DNA of 45,612 nucleotides from a virus (IMGVR_UViG_3300028805_001692:1-45612); one strand, 5' to 3'; positions 27,179 through 39,200 are shown, counted from the stretch's first letter. Notes: a model not told the origin generated them from the letters alone. Numbers and translations: made by a program.

Positions 27179-28074
27179 TACAGTCTAAACAGTTTCTCAA
27201 GCGTCTGGATGTCATCGTCAGCAACACTGAATGACTTCGATATGTCACTTGGCATATCATCATCTAGGTCATCAGATGTTATGGTGTACTGGTCATCAAC
27301 TGGCTTATCATTATCTGAATAAACCTCGTAGTTATCTCTCTCCTTTACCTTGTTTGCCCAAAAGTCATCTGGTCTTACATTAAAAGGATATGAGTCTATA
27401 GCACCACGAAGGTCAAGCTTCTCGGTCTGTGTTGGATTTCTCTTCTCAAACTCAGCCTTAAGGTTCTCAAGTTCTGTATTATTCTGGTCTAGCTTATCCT
27501 GGAATCCCTTGATGGTATCAATAAGGTCAAGAATCCTGTTATCCACCTTTGATAAATCTCTTCCAACCTGGTTTTCCTTTGAGTTAAGCTTCTCCTGTGC
27601 ATTGGTAAGTCCATCTATATCAATGGTATCACCGTCAACCTCTCCACCATCACCAGTATCACCGTCACGCTGGTCTGCGAATGGGTCTTCGCCAGTGTCT
27701 TCCCCAGCCATAGGGTCTGCTGCATCTGGCATTGGTTGCCCCATAGCATTAGGGTCTGCGCCCATTTGTGCATTAGGGCCTCCACCAGCCATAGGGTCAC
27801 CACCCATAGCGTTAGGGTCTCCACCAGGCATACCGCCAGCCGCATTAGGGTCTCCTGCTGGTGGCATTCCTCCCATTGCATTTGGGTCAGCACCTGGAGC
27901 ACCACCCATAGCATTAGGGTCTTGTCCAGCAGCATTTGGGTCATCATCATCTTCGATGACAACTCCATGCTTCATTTCTGGGAAGCCTACATATGACTCG
28001 CTGAGACGCATAAAGTGCTTATGTGCCTCATATAAATTGTTTTCCTTAAGATACTTAATGTTAGTGTTAGCCAT
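27178..28074 (-). CDS. Acidic protein with DPNAMGG low-complexity repeats and a coiled coil
   Basis: 298 aa; repeated DPNA(M)GG units. Confidence 0.7.
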   Translation of the reverse strand: MANTNIKYLKENNLYEAHKHFMRLSESYVGFPEMKHGVVIEDDDDPNAAGQDPNAMGGAPGADPNAMGGMPPAGDPNAAGGMPGGDPNAMGGDPMAGGGPNAQMGADPNAMGQPMPDAADPMAGEDTGEDPFADQRDGDTGDGGEVDGDTIDIDGLTNAQEKLNSKENQVGRDLSKVDNRILDLIDTIKGFQDKLDQNNTELENLKAEFEKRNPTQTEKLDLRGAIDSYPFNVRPDDFWANKVKERDNYEVYSDNDKPVDDQYTITSDDLDDDMPSDISKSFSVADDDIQTLEKLFRL

Positions 28075-28081
28075 TTTAGTA

Positions 28082-28345
28082 TTAGTCGTTCAATAGTTCT
28101 TTATTGTCTTCTGTTAAGATTGTCTTAGAACTTTCTGTTCTCTCAATAAGACCCTTATCCTTCTTGACTCTCTTTACTGCTGCTGAAGGCTCTGTACTAC
28201 TAAGCACGCTCTGAGCCATAGCTATCTTCTCTTCTGTAGTCATAACGCTCTTGTTTTCGTTAATTTTATTTTCCGCTGGATAACTTACACGGATTGGTTT
28301 CTGTGGCTTGTTACCCTGTATGTGTTTTATTATAAAACGTCCCAT
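28082..28345 (-). CDS. Hypothetical protein
   Basis: 87 aa, preceded by the ATATTTATAG motif. Confidence 0.65.
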   Translation of the reverse strand: MGRFIIKHIQGNKPQKPIRVSYPAENKINENKSVMTTEEKIAMAQSVLSSTEPSAAVKRVKKDKGLIERTESSKTILTEDNKELLND

Positions 28346-28376
28346 AGTTTCAAATTATTTTACTATAAATATCTGA

Positions 28377-28781
28377 TTACTCGAAAAATACCGACTTGTC
28401 CTCTATCTTTGTAAGATTTGACACTGAAAGTTCACCATTTGTGAGTATTATCAGTTTATCCTTATAGGTATCCCAGTCAATCAGATACTCGTTATTTGGC
28501 TTATCGTCGTTCTTCTCTTTCTCTATGAGCTTATTCAAGGCATTTATGGAAAACAGACACCCGTTCTTAACGTGCATGACAGTTGCATTACTAATCTTTC
28601 TAATGAACTTGTCTTTGTCAAATGTTTTGAACGATACAAGATATTCAGTATGGTTAGTGTCTATAGAATATACAAACACCTTATCAAGCCTTATCTTATA
28701 CTCGGTTCTGAGTGTTTCAAGAAATGATAGAATCCTGTTTTTCTTTACAAATGTTCCAATTATAATTCCGTTTGTGCTCAT
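28377..28781 (-). CDS. Hypothetical protein
   Basis: 134-aa ORF. Confidence 0.65.
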   Translation of the reverse strand: MSTNGIIIGTFVKKNRILSFLETLRTEYKIRLDKVFVYSIDTNHTEYLVSFKTFDKDKFIRKISNATVMHVKNGCLFSINALNKLIEKEKNDDKPNNEYLIDWDTYKDKLIILTNGELSVSNLTKIEDKSVFFE

Positions 28782-28789
28782 TTTATTAT

Positions 28790-29380
28790 TTAACTTGATA
28801 TAAAGTACGGAATGGCGTACTTCTTATTTCCCAAAAACCTACTGAGTTTATTTAAACCCCTACTGGTGTTGTAAAACAAATGGTTATTTGGGTTAGAGTC
28901 TAACAAGGACATTACCTTGTTTCGTTTAATTCCACAATATTCAAGTACCTCAAGTGATACTCCAAGAACCTTCTCATCATGAAGTATATAAAGAAGGCCG
29001 TTGTTTATATAAATATTCTTCCTATCTTGAGAATTAAATATATTATATAATTTTTTTATATTATTATATTTTAATTTCAATATATCTACATAATGATATT
29101 CTATGGAATTTAATACATTGTTGCGAACAAAAGTGTAGAACTTTTTCAAGTCCTGTTCGAATTCACTCCTACTTTCACTCTTCTTGAATGTCCAGAATGT
29201 TTTATCGTCTAGCTGCCTATCCAATATGTTCCTATACCCTTCAAACGACTTAGCATTCTCCCATCCAATAATAAGAACAGGTTTTGTGGGGTCAACTTCT
29301 GAGTAGTCGTTGACCTGTGCCACAAAACCCTCAATATCATTCAGTTTCCTATCAGTAACAATATATCCTATAGTTTTCAT
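28790..29380 (-). CDS. Hypothetical protein (start MKTIGYIV)
   Basis: Follows the promoter at 29396-29427. Confidence 0.65.
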   Translation of the reverse strand: MKTIGYIVTDRKLNDIEGFVAQVNDYSEVDPTKPVLIIGWENAKSFEGYRNILDRQLDDKTFWTFKKSESRSEFEQDLKKFYTFVRNNVLNSIEYHYVDILKLKYNNIKKLYNIFNSQDRKNIYINNGLLYILHDEKVLGVSLEVLEYCGIKRNKVMSLLDSNPNNHLFYNTSRGLNKLSRFLGNKKYAIPYFISS

Positions 29381-29431
29381 AACACTAATTTTATGCAAAG
29401 ATATATAAAAAAAGTTAAAAAAACAAATTTT

Positions 29432-32400
29432 TTAAGAATAAGCTGTACCTTGTTTGTTATGGAATCTGTAAATTGCATACGGATAAGCAGTACCATATAC
29501 ATTCATATTATTCTGAATAAAGTCCGAAACCCATCCTTTTGATGTCGTATACATACAAGCATGATATTTACCTCCTTCAAGTTTAGCATTTTTACCAATA
29601 ATAGCAATATCGCCAGCTTGGAGTTTTATGGTTGGATTTCCACTTGGTCCTACAGTTCCACTATCTATCATAACAAAACCATGAGACTCTAGTATTCCAT
29701 AGTATCTTAGATTAGTTGCATGAATTGTATCAGCTTTATTCTCAGACGTATAGATTCTTTTTGCTAATGGTCCTCCACCAGCCGCTATAGCATCTTCAAC
29801 ATGAGAAGCACATTTACCGTGTCCACATTTCTTTTTACCGTTTACTGTCTTACATCCAACCTGTTTTGTTATAATGTTAGCGCAAGCTTTTCCTACATCC
29901 CAGCCATTAATCTTAATTTTATCGCCACTTACTACCTCACTTGGTGGATTCGTATTTCCACCACCAGATGAATCGGTATTCCCACCTCCGTACAAATCAT
30001 TACAGTTAGCTGGCTCATAGTCCTTGAATACATCCTGTATATCACTGAACTGAGGTGCTTCTTTTGGAAGAATCTTACTGTTAACTGGGTCTGGATACCT
30101 CTTGGCTATACTTCTCAGTAACTTCTCGTTAATCTGTCCCTTCTCCTTATCTGTAGTTCCAAATGGGGTGTTATGGGTAGATTGCTGACTATTTTTCACC
30201 ACGTATATACGTCTATTTGCTACATTTATTTTCTCCGAAACTGCAACACTGATTGCATAAGGCTCTTCGGTGTTGCTATATGAATTTACATACATCCAGT
30301 TCAAATTCTGGATATAATCGTAATATCCATTCAATATTATATCAAACACTCCAGCAAGTTTATTTCTCTTACCATCTTCCTGCTTAAACATTATAAGTCC
30401 ACCATCCGAATATACTGGCTTCAAGTTAACCGATGTTGAAGGTGATGACCATGCAGACTTCTGTACAGCATTGAAGAACAGCTGAGGGAAGTTCTTGGTA
30501 TCATGTGTTTCTTCCTTCTTAGGTGGAGTGCCACTTGATGAGTAATTATCATAGAACGTCCTTGCATATTTCTTTCTGGCAGAAGGATTATCTCCACGCT
30601 CATATGCAGCTCTAAAGCTTTCTGCTGCATCCTCTGGTGATGTACATGAATTCAGTTTTTCCTTCGAATATTTTGTTGTAGTTTTACCATTAACAGTAAC
30701 CTGTGAGATTGTAGCATCTATGAAGTTTACTTGGTAATCAGCACCATATTCTGAAAGAGTCTTCTTTATCTTTGCAATACCCCAGTCGGCAGCAACTCTT
30801 TTTATAGTACCATCTTTTTCTCTCTGTCCATATTTGGATGTTGTCTTTGTCAAAAGTTTTGTTAAGTTTCCATAGTGGTCGTTCCATTGACAGAATCCAG
30901 CTGCATAATAACCATCAGAGTCTTTACCTCCTCCATTTGGCATCTTAGTGTGGTCGAAGCCTTCTCCAACTTCATGTCTTATGTTACCAACAATACCAGC
31001 TGCTGCAATCTTATTGTATCCTTTAGCCATGAACTTATCCATTAACTGATTAGCCTTTTCTTTGTCAGTACCAGTAAGCTCAACAGTATCACTAATATTC
31101 TCAGATACAGGGAATACTTTATATGGACAATCATTATCAATATCAGCCTTAAGATACTTCTTATCTTGGTCATAAACTTGTTTTGGCTCATTCTCATCAG
31201 TTTCATCACTGAAGATATTCTCAACAAGCCTATTGGATACGTTAGCCATTCTACAACCAACAATACTCGTTGTCATATCACCAGGTCTCAACCTATGAGT
31301 AACCTTCATAATTAAGTAAGAACCTCTAAACATAGGCACATTAAGTAATACGAAATACATAAGTGGCTGTATCCACGCACAACCCATCATTTCAACACTG
31401 CATGTATATGACTGGTTGGTATATATATCGTATAAGTCCTGTGATGTTGATACCTTACTCTTCTCGTTTCTACTTGCCCCAAGTATAGCGTGCTTTGCTA
31501 TAATAGCCTGCTGCGTCATTATAGGGTTAGACATGTTAACGTTAATGTCCTTGAAGTAACTCTGATATTGCCTTCCATAAGAGACTCCGAATGCTGGTAT
31601 CCTGTAGTACATGCTAGTTTCTTCTGACTGGTCATCAGAACCTCCCCTTGACCTAATAGCCAAAGGAGTTTCCATTTCATCATTAAGCATGAATCCATCA
31701 TCATTGAACTCACTATTTGCAACATTAAGATTCTTAGATGCAGCATACGTGTAGATTACAACAAAGTCTGGATGCTTCTTAGGAGTTCCCATCTTCAAGT
31801 AAGGTATTGCCTGGAATAAATCACTCATACCATTTGATAGGTCTCTGAAGTTCTGCACGCATTTCATCATGCATCTATGCTCCGCATAAACTTCAGCAAG
31901 GAAGTTGAACATCATGACATTAACATCACTGTACGATGTTGAAAGTCCTATCTTATCAGCCAATTTCAATGGGTTTATAAGAAGTTTCTTACCAACCTTA
32001 TTGTAGTAAGAGTCTATGAAGTGGAATAGATGTCCTGTAGACGTTGTAGTGCCACTTGTAGTACCGCTGCCCATAGCATCCTCTCTAAAGAATGTCTCAT
32101 ATTTCCATTCACCCCTGTCAGTAGTAGGAATCCACTTGTCAAATATCTGTTTTAAGTACCTGTACAGCTCAATCTTCATGTCATCCGTTGTCTGCGAAGG
32201 CTCTTTTGCTATGGTTGTAGCATTGTTGGTTTCATCTTTAGGTTGACCAAGCTTAAGAAGTTCTCTAAGCCTCTTCAAGAACGCATCAAGATAAACCTCT
32301 GCCTGTGACTTATCAAGTTTAAAACTATCCCTTGATAATGCAGTTCCGTTTTCATTTATTTCTGCATTTACATTTCCTCTTGTAAACAAGACTGGAAGCA

Positions 32401-35400
32401 TAAGGTCATTGGTAAGGTTCTTAATTACAGCAGCATCCTGGTTAAACAAAGCTCTCTTAACGCCATCACCAATATATGTATAAGCATAACAGTTAGGACT
32501 GCCAAACTTATATAAATCATTATCTGAGTTATACTGAATAGTAAGATATTTCTTAACAGTACCACAATTAGCTTTACTCCATGCAAGGAAGTACTTAACG
32601 AACTTCATCCTTGCAAATGGACTAACGGTGTTTAAGAAATGAGTCATCTGTTTTTCAAACACATCTGTAACATGTACCTTCTTTCTTATTCTACTGAACG
32701 CATCTTCATTGAACTGTTTAGATATACCATTAGCAGAAGCATGTGCAGCTAGCACAACACCAATTTGTAATGCAAGCAACTTAGGTATATTACAGAATGC
32801 CTTATCATTATCAATGTTTCCACCAGAATACTCGAAGCAATCAAGTCCCATGATAAAGAATGCCATCTGAACCTCGTTATTTGTAAAGGCATAGTCACCA
32901 GCTGTCCATCCATTTAACGTATAGAAATCATCAAGCATAAACAGTGAAGTATCCTTATCGATGGTATATTTCTCTGTTGTTTTATCCTTTGTGAATCCGA
33001 ATGATTCAGTAATTGTTCCGTTGTTGACAACTCCACCTTCAAGGTCAAGGCTGAAATATCCTTCAAGTGCATCATTGCTACATGTGTAAAACTCATCATC
33101 TGGAGAACTTCCAACATATAAAGGCATGCCCTTCTTACCAACCTTCCTACCAACACCAGGACCTCCTCCACGATGAGTCTCTGGAAGTCTACCGTTAAAT
33201 GCTGAGATAAACCCAGCTTTTGTGTTAAACGTCTTCTTATAGTTTGTAGGCTTCAGCAAAACAGCCTCTGATAGTTTTGCAGCAATTCCCTTATATGATT
33301 CAACTGAAGTAGCTGCTGCATTATCAAATACGGACTTAACAAATTTATAATAGTTTCCAATATATGCGGTATTGAACAATTCAGCATTCTTGTTCTTCAT
33401 TATAGTTCCAAATATTCTCTCATAATCTGGAACTGAACTTACTGCAATATCGTTATTAGTAAGGTAAACCTTTCCACCATTGAATATTGCAAGAGTATCT
33501 TCAAGTTTACCATATGACATATCTTGTATTGGATAGATACAAGTCTTCTTGTCAGAAGTTCTGTATCCTTCAAGCCAGAATCCATTACCTTCATTGAACA
33601 GTACTCTTCCTGCCTCTTCTGTTGGATTCCAAGGTGTCTTTCCACTTACTTGTCCAGTAACAATATCTATGATTTTCTTACCAGTATTGATAACACCATT
33701 TTCTCCAATCTCACTCATGAGGTTGACATTTGTTATCCTTACCAGGTTATAGAAGTTCTCAGCCTCCGTTGTGGCTATATCGTTAATCAATGACAGCCAG
33801 TCACCCTTAAACTGGTTTCTAAAGTAGTTTATTGCTAGAATATCGAACATTCTCATACAAACCTTTCCAGCAAAGGCGTATTTGTCATTTGATATATCTG
33901 TATTTGTTCCGTAAGGGTTTTTCTTGATGAAGAAATCGAATGAGGTAAGAGGATATTTCATCACACATTCGTTTTCTGTTTGTTGTTCAACCTGTCTGTT
34001 CTGTTCTTCTTTTGTGGCATTTATCTGCTCCTCAATCTGCTTTATTCTAGTAACGGCATTGAATAGACCATTTATCATATCAACTTCCTTGAAGCCAATA
34101 CCCTTTTTAAAATCTCCAGCCCATGCATCTTCCCTCTTGGTTATACCGTCACTGTCAGTTATGAGTTTTGTAATACGAGGGAATGGAGGAACAACCTTTG
34201 ATGAAGAGTTGACATCACAGCACTCGCTATCCTCTCCAATTGTTATTCCAAGGTCTTGTGGTGTTCTAGTTCTTGTCTGGTCTATGACATCGAACATCAT
34301 AGCCATAAGAGTCTCAAGGTGAGCCATAACTATCTTAGTAAAGTTCTCAATACTAGGATACCAGCCCATCTTCTCGAACATGTATTTATTGTGCGCCTTT
34401 ATTCTCTTCTCTCTCTCCTTCTCATCGAATGACTTATTTGAATCCTCGATAAGTATGTTGATTCTCCTCTTGATGTCACTGTAATCCTGCTCTATAACAA
34501 AGGCATCTATATACTGGTTAACACCGTCATCGTATATCTTTCTCTTTCTCTTCTTCTGCAAGTCATCAGTTCCACCGAATATCACCTTAATGGTTTCCTC
34601 TCTTGGGAGTATGTTATCCCTATGGAAACCATCAAACACTATTTCTTTCTTGTTATCATTGTACCATAACTCATTGAAAGTCTTGACCTTAACATATTTG
34701 CTAAAGTCTGTACTTACATTTTCAAGTTTCCTATAAGATTCATTTGAACTGTTGAAATTCTCAACTTTATTGAATAGGTCACTATTGAGTCTCTTGAAGT
34801 TGTCATCATATTGAAGAAACTCATTTGAAAGGTCATTGTCTGGTATGTTCTTACCATTGGTGAGTATTACAATTCTAGTATAATCTTCATCCTCAGTTTC
34901 TCCACCGTATGCAAAGACGAAATCCTTACCATATTTTTTAGCAGCAAGTATATATAGACTATCATACCAACTTCTGAATACCTTCCTAATGTCGTTAAGT
35001 TCCGCTATCTCAAGCTCATGACTCTTTTCCTCATCAGTTATTGTAGTGTTTTCTAAGTCTTTGTCAGACTCATTCATGAGTGTCTTGAAGTACTTCCTAA
35101 TCTCATACAGTTTAGGCATTGGAACATTAGCTTGCTCTGTCTTATCTGGAAGAGTAAACCTACCATTATTAACGTTTGTCTGCCAGTACTTTTCACCAAC
35201 GTAATCCGAATAAGGTGCTGCAAGAAGTGCATCGAATGAAACATCTGACATAAACGAATAGGCAAAGCCAATAAACCTTGCTGTTACGTCGAAGTCACCA
35301 GTATTCGAATTGAATGCAGCGTCGAACTTATCACACATTACCTCATATGAGACAGGTCTTCCATAAAATCCCTTGAGACTTACAGTAAACTTAGGAAGAG

Positions 35401-35941
35401 GCAATACAAAGAAAGCATGAAAAAAGGACTGTGCAATGTTATCTTTTGAAAATCCCCTTATTCCGTTATATGACTTATTATTGTTAAGCTCTGTTGGTTG
35501 GAATAGGGACATACCCCTAACATCAGTGAACTTAATCGTGATAATAGGGACGCATGCGCTGTTATACTCAATGTCAACAGACTTTATTCCAAGCATTTCA
35601 GTAGTACCGTAGTCAACCAAATCCGTAACAAACATGTCAGCATACTTCGTTGTAAGCATATTAGGAACGCCACCAACATTTAGTTTGCTTCCACTCATAA
35701 AGTTAACCCTATCCTCATTACCATCACTCCTATAAGACATTATAATGACAGTATTCTCCGTGCTATTCTCACGCACGGAGTCTTCCCTACTGGATAGCTC
35801 AACCTCTATATCGAGTGATATGCAGTAGTCTTCAAGGTTAGGTGCTCTGTCATAGAAACCATTACCAGGTATCACACCCTTGCCAAAGGTATGCACATCA
35901 TTTGGTTCTACATATGCAACACTTGCATGATGTTTTGGCAT
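29432..35941 (-). CDS. Large tail/baseplate hub protein with tail-lysozyme and CHAP/amidase-like domains
   Basis: 2169 aa; AAAGIVGNIRHE...GFCQW...AAESFRAAYERG (phage tail lysozyme-like); C-terminal CASHV...GDIAII...HACMY...WVSDF. Confidence 0.7.
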   Translation of the reverse strand: MPKHHASVAYVEPNDVHTFGKGVIPGNGFYDRAPNLEDYCISLDIEVELSSREDSVRENSTENTVIIMSYRSDGNEDRVNFMSGSKLNVGGVPNMLTTKYADMFVTDLVDYGTTEMLGIKSVDIEYNSACVPIITIKFTDVRGMSLFQPTELNNNKSYNGIRGFSKDNIAQSFFHAFFVLPLPKFTVSLKGFYGRPVSYEVMCDKFDAAFNSNTGDFDVTARFIGFAYSFMSDVSFDALLAAPYSDYVGEKYWQTNVNNGRFTLPDKTEQANVPMPKLYEIRKYFKTLMNESDKDLENTTITDEEKSHELEIAELNDIRKVFRSWYDSLYILAAKKYGKDFVFAYGGETEDEDYTRIVILTNGKNIPDNDLSNEFLQYDDNFKRLNSDLFNKVENFNSSNESYRKLENVSTDFSKYVKVKTFNELWYNDNKKEIVFDGFHRDNILPREETIKVIFGGTDDLQKKRKRKIYDDGVNQYIDAFVIEQDYSDIKRRINILIEDSNKSFDEKEREKRIKAHNKYMFEKMGWYPSIENFTKIVMAHLETLMAMMFDVIDQTRTRTPQDLGITIGEDSECCDVNSSSKVVPPFPRITKLITDSDGITKREDAWAGDFKKGIGFKEVDMINGLFNAVTRIKQIEEQINATKEEQNRQVEQQTENECVMKYPLTSFDFFIKKNPYGTNTDISNDKYAFAGKVCMRMFDILAINYFRNQFKGDWLSLINDIATTEAENFYNLVRITNVNLMSEIGENGVINTGKKIIDIVTGQVSGKTPWNPTEEAGRVLFNEGNGFWLEGYRTSDKKTCIYPIQDMSYGKLEDTLAIFNGGKVYLTNNDIAVSSVPDYERIFGTIMKNKNAELFNTAYIGNYYKFVKSVFDNAAATSVESYKGIAAKLSEAVLLKPTNYKKTFNTKAGFISAFNGRLPETHRGGGPGVGRKVGKKGMPLYVGSSPDDEFYTCSNDALEGYFSLDLEGGVVNNGTITESFGFTKDKTTEKYTIDKDTSLFMLDDFYTLNGWTAGDYAFTNNEVQMAFFIMGLDCFEYSGGNIDNDKAFCNIPKLLALQIGVVLAAHASANGISKQFNEDAFSRIRKKVHVTDVFEKQMTHFLNTVSPFARMKFVKYFLAWSKANCGTVKKYLTIQYNSDNDLYKFGSPNCYAYTYIGDGVKRALFNQDAAVIKNLTNDLMLPVLFTRGNVNAEINENGTALSRDSFKLDKSQAEVYLDAFLKRLRELLKLGQPKDETNNATTIAKEPSQTTDDMKIELYRYLKQIFDKWIPTTDRGEWKYETFFREDAMGSGTTSGTTTSTGHLFHFIDSYYNKVGKKLLINPLKLADKIGLSTSYSDVNVMMFNFLAEVYAEHRCMMKCVQNFRDLSNGMSDLFQAIPYLKMGTPKKHPDFVVIYTYAASKNLNVANSEFNDDGFMLNDEMETPLAIRSRGGSDDQSEETSMYYRIPAFGVSYGRQYQSYFKDINVNMSNPIMTQQAIIAKHAILGASRNEKSKVSTSQDLYDIYTNQSYTCSVEMMGCAWIQPLMYFVLLNVPMFRGSYLIMKVTHRLRPGDMTTSIVGCRMANVSNRLVENIFSDETDENEPKQVYDQDKKYLKADIDNDCPYKVFPVSENISDTVELTGTDKEKANQLMDKFMAKGYNKIAAAGIVGNIRHEVGEGFDHTKMPNGGGKDSDGYYAAGFCQWNDHYGNLTKLLTKTTSKYGQREKDGTIKRVAADWGIAKIKKTLSEYGADYQVNFIDATISQVTVNGKTTTKYSKEKLNSCTSPEDAAESFRAAYERGDNPSARKKYARTFYDNYSSSGTPPKKEETHDTKNFPQLFFNAVQKSAWSSPSTSVNLKPVYSDGGLIMFKQEDGKRNKLAGVFDIILNGYYDYIQNLNWMYVNSYSNTEEPYAISVAVSEKINVANRRIYVVKNSQQSTHNTPFGTTDKEKGQINEKLLRSIAKRYPDPVNSKILPKEAPQFSDIQDVFKDYEPANCNDLYGGGNTDSSGGGNTNPPSEVVSGDKIKINGWDVGKACANIITKQVGCKTVNGKKKCGHGKCASHVEDAIAAGGGPLAKRIYTSENKADTIHATNLRYYGILESHGFVMIDSGTVGPSGNPTIKLQAGDIAIIGKNAKLEGGKYHACMYTTSKGWVSDFIQNNMNVYGTAYPYAIYRFHNKQGTAYS

Positions 35942-35947
35942 ATTTCT

Positions 35948-36265
35948 TTAATTTAAACCGTATAATTTATCATATCTTTCTATCTCATCCTCATACCCCT
36001 GTATTGCCGTATCAAGTGGGTATGGTATCCTAAGTTTTGCGTTGTCATCTATCATAAACTCCAAAGACCCACACTCTGGATTAGCTTGTAGTATAAGCCA
36101 TCCATAGTTAGGGTCGTTGTAGTACTGGTAAGACAGAAGGTCCAACCTTGTCTTACCAGCTTCGTAGAATACGTAACAGTCCGTAGACCTCTTAGGTATG
36201 TTAATGAACGGTATACTCTTATAAGCACCGTCCGTTATAAACGAATTATATCTACTGTGTTTCAT
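35948..36265 (-). CDS. gp53-like / LysM-like baseplate protein
   Basis: RLDLLSYQYYNDPNYGWLILQANP...LRIP. Confidence 0.75.
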   Translation of the reverse strand: MKHSRYNSFITDGAYKSIPFINIPKRSTDCYVFYEAGKTRLDLLSYQYYNDPNYGWLILQANPECGSLEFMIDDNAKLRIPYPLDTAIQGYEDEIERYDKLYGLN

Positions 36266-36276
36266 TGACTATATAT

Positions 36277-39200
36277 TTAAAAATCTTCAAGTATTTGACC
36301 ATCTCTATCAACATTATTGTTTGTTACAGAATTAGTGCCATCACCTACTGTTATACTCTTTTTCCTTGTTCCATTAGCGTTAGGATAAGTAAATGGCTTA
36401 TATTTAACCTCCCTACCTTCACCGTTACTGTCATATAGTACTCTTTCTGCACGGTTGTCATAGACACTAGCATTAGCGTAGTAGTTGAATGAAACTGCAT
36501 TTTGTAATCTTGAGATAGGTCCTGCAAGGTCACTACCACCAAGGAATGTGAATGAAAGGCTCACCTTCGCAAACATAGGCATCACACCTATTCCCTCTGG
36601 GTTCAAGTCCCATTGCGCATTTTCATACTGTATGTTTATGCTGTTTATTATAATCTTCGTATAATAGAAATCACCAAGTCTCAATACACACACAGGAGGC
36701 CTTCCAAATGCAAGGTTGTATGCTGTCTTTGAGTTGTAGTCGCTGTTACCAACAGTAGGTCCTTGTCTGGTACACTGCTGTAAGAACGTGAGTCTTGCAT
36801 TAAATCCCTCTGGTGATATTGAATGATATGCTGGGTCGAAGTACTTAATCTTGTCTGTTATCAAATGATGCATGAAAGGAGCATTTCTCTCAAGCAATTG
36901 GAAGAACTCACCCTCGTTGTCATATCTCTTTACTGTACTCTTCCCAACAACTATATTCTCATTCCTGTACGAATCATCATATTCAGTTGATGCTGTATTT
37001 AGATAGTCTTTTCCAGTTATCCTTGAGGCATCAGCCATAGTGAAAGTTGACTCATTTACCATCTTAGGAACTTGTATTTCTTTAATAGTTCCATCTTTCT
37101 GTCTTATATACTCTGTTTCCGTATATCCAGTTTTGAGAATTGCCCTTCCTTCATCTGTGTTATGAAGCCAATCCCTAGCTGTATTTATTGCATTAGGCTT
37201 TATTTTAACCTTATTGCCATCCTTATCAGATATTATACCCTTATCTTTGCTTGTGCTTGAAACCTTGTCAACAGTGTTAAGTGGTGCTCCTGTTTCAGAA
37301 TCAGTAACTCCAGTCTGTACTCCGCTATCTGTTGTCTGTGCTCCGTCAGTTTCTTCTTCCTCATATTCAATAACAACTGATGCACTTCTCCATAACTTTG
37401 TTATAGGGTCGTTTACATCGTTCTTGTTACCACTGCTCTGAACACCATTCTTGAACTCTATTGTAGCATCTTCAAGACCTGGGAAATTATTCTTTTCCAT
37501 CCACATCTTAAAGGTTAATGCCCTATTTTTTGCAAGCTTGTTATTCCTAGTTGAATTTACACGTGCTGATGCGTTATTTCCCTGTACTGAAGCATGACCG
37601 TAGAATGTAATTTTAGTTATCTTACAAGTACCATCCTTATCTATTATGTTCTTGATAATCTCAACATTCTTATCATCGTACAAACCACTTAACAAGTTAT
37701 TTGACTTACCCTCACCTTCAAGTGCCATATACATGTCAGTCAAACTTACGAGAGCCTTGTTATCACCAGTTACCGATATACCAAACTCAGACTTAAGCTT
37801 ATCTGTCTTCGAATCATAACCAGTGCTGTTATATTGATAACTTGCTGTATCAAGGTAATTTATCTGACCAGATGAACCGTCCTTTAATGTAAGCTTCTGG
37901 TTTTCAGTGTCTTTATCAACCCTGTAGTACCAGCGTTTTCTATACCATTCAAAAGGCGAGTCTGTCACTTTTTTACTAACACCGCCATGACCATCACTTG
38001 CGGCTGCAAGTGAAAGAGATTCATCACTAACCTGTTTTGCAAGGTATTCAGTTCCGAAAGATGGTACACCATTATCATAATATGCTGATATCTTAGAACC
38101 ATTACCATTGGTTAAGTATTGCCCCTTTCTCTTCTTCGTTTCTATATCAGCATATGTGCTTTTAATGACATTATAGTTTGGTTGTAATACATCTGTAGCA
38201 ACTGATATTCCTTTACTCCTCATTTCATATCCACCATAACCGTTACCGATTGAACCAGTTAATTTATTACTCATATCAACGGCAAAGTCATCAGCATTTT
38301 TGGTTATTTCATTTATATGCTTCTGAGTACCAATACCGTTAAGAAGATAGTGTATGGCGTTTACCGTAGGGTTACTTCCATTAGGCGTATCATCAACACC
38401 ACTATAGTTGTTAGGATAATATGCCAAACAATACAACACCTTCTTTTGTGGTTTAGCCTCATCTGGTTTTTGAGGATTTGGATTAGGTGCTTTAGGAGGC
38501 TGTTGATTAGGCTGGTCTTGTACCACCTCTGGAGTCTTGCTTCTAGTCCAATATTCCTGTGGCTTTGCTGTAAGTATATCACAACCAGCGAAGAATCTAA
38601 GAAGTGTATTCTCCTGGTTATTTATGTTATCGACACCGCCATCGTTTCCTGGAGAAAGTGGGTCACCACCATTACTCATTCCGTTTTTCTCATGACCAGT
38701 CCAATAATCAAGTATTGAAGGGTGGTCTATGAGAAGTGTAAATGAAAGGTTTCCAGTTCTCTCAGTGTTTGTATAGGTATAAACATTCTCTCCTCTTCCG
38801 ATGAATTCATTTGAGTTCCACTTAACCTTTACGTCTTCGTTGAAAGTTAGGTCGTAAGGTGGAAACCACATGATACGTCCACCAAGCGGTCCTTTCTGTT
38901 CTGCTGATAAACCATAGGCATCGAACTCATCCATCTTGTTCTTCTCATCACGCCATGCAAGGTTCTCAATTGAAAACATGCACCTCTTGGTTGACACACT
39001 TCTCCTATCCTTGTCATTCTCCTTATGCTCGAAGTAATCCTTAATCTTGGCTGTTGGTGCAATATTAACGAAACCATTATCATAGTTCATTACACCATAT
39101 TTATCAAGCCTCTTACTACCACCATCAAATCCATAGTTTTTACTCTCTATGGTTCTGAAGCCACCTTTTCCATAGTTATCAAGGAACTCTACCCTCTCAA

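Noticed and set aside
27350-28096. Long antisense ORFs (27350-28096, 40368-40988 and many short ones)
   Set aside because: They shadow low-complexity or well-supported minus-strand genes and lack expression signals.
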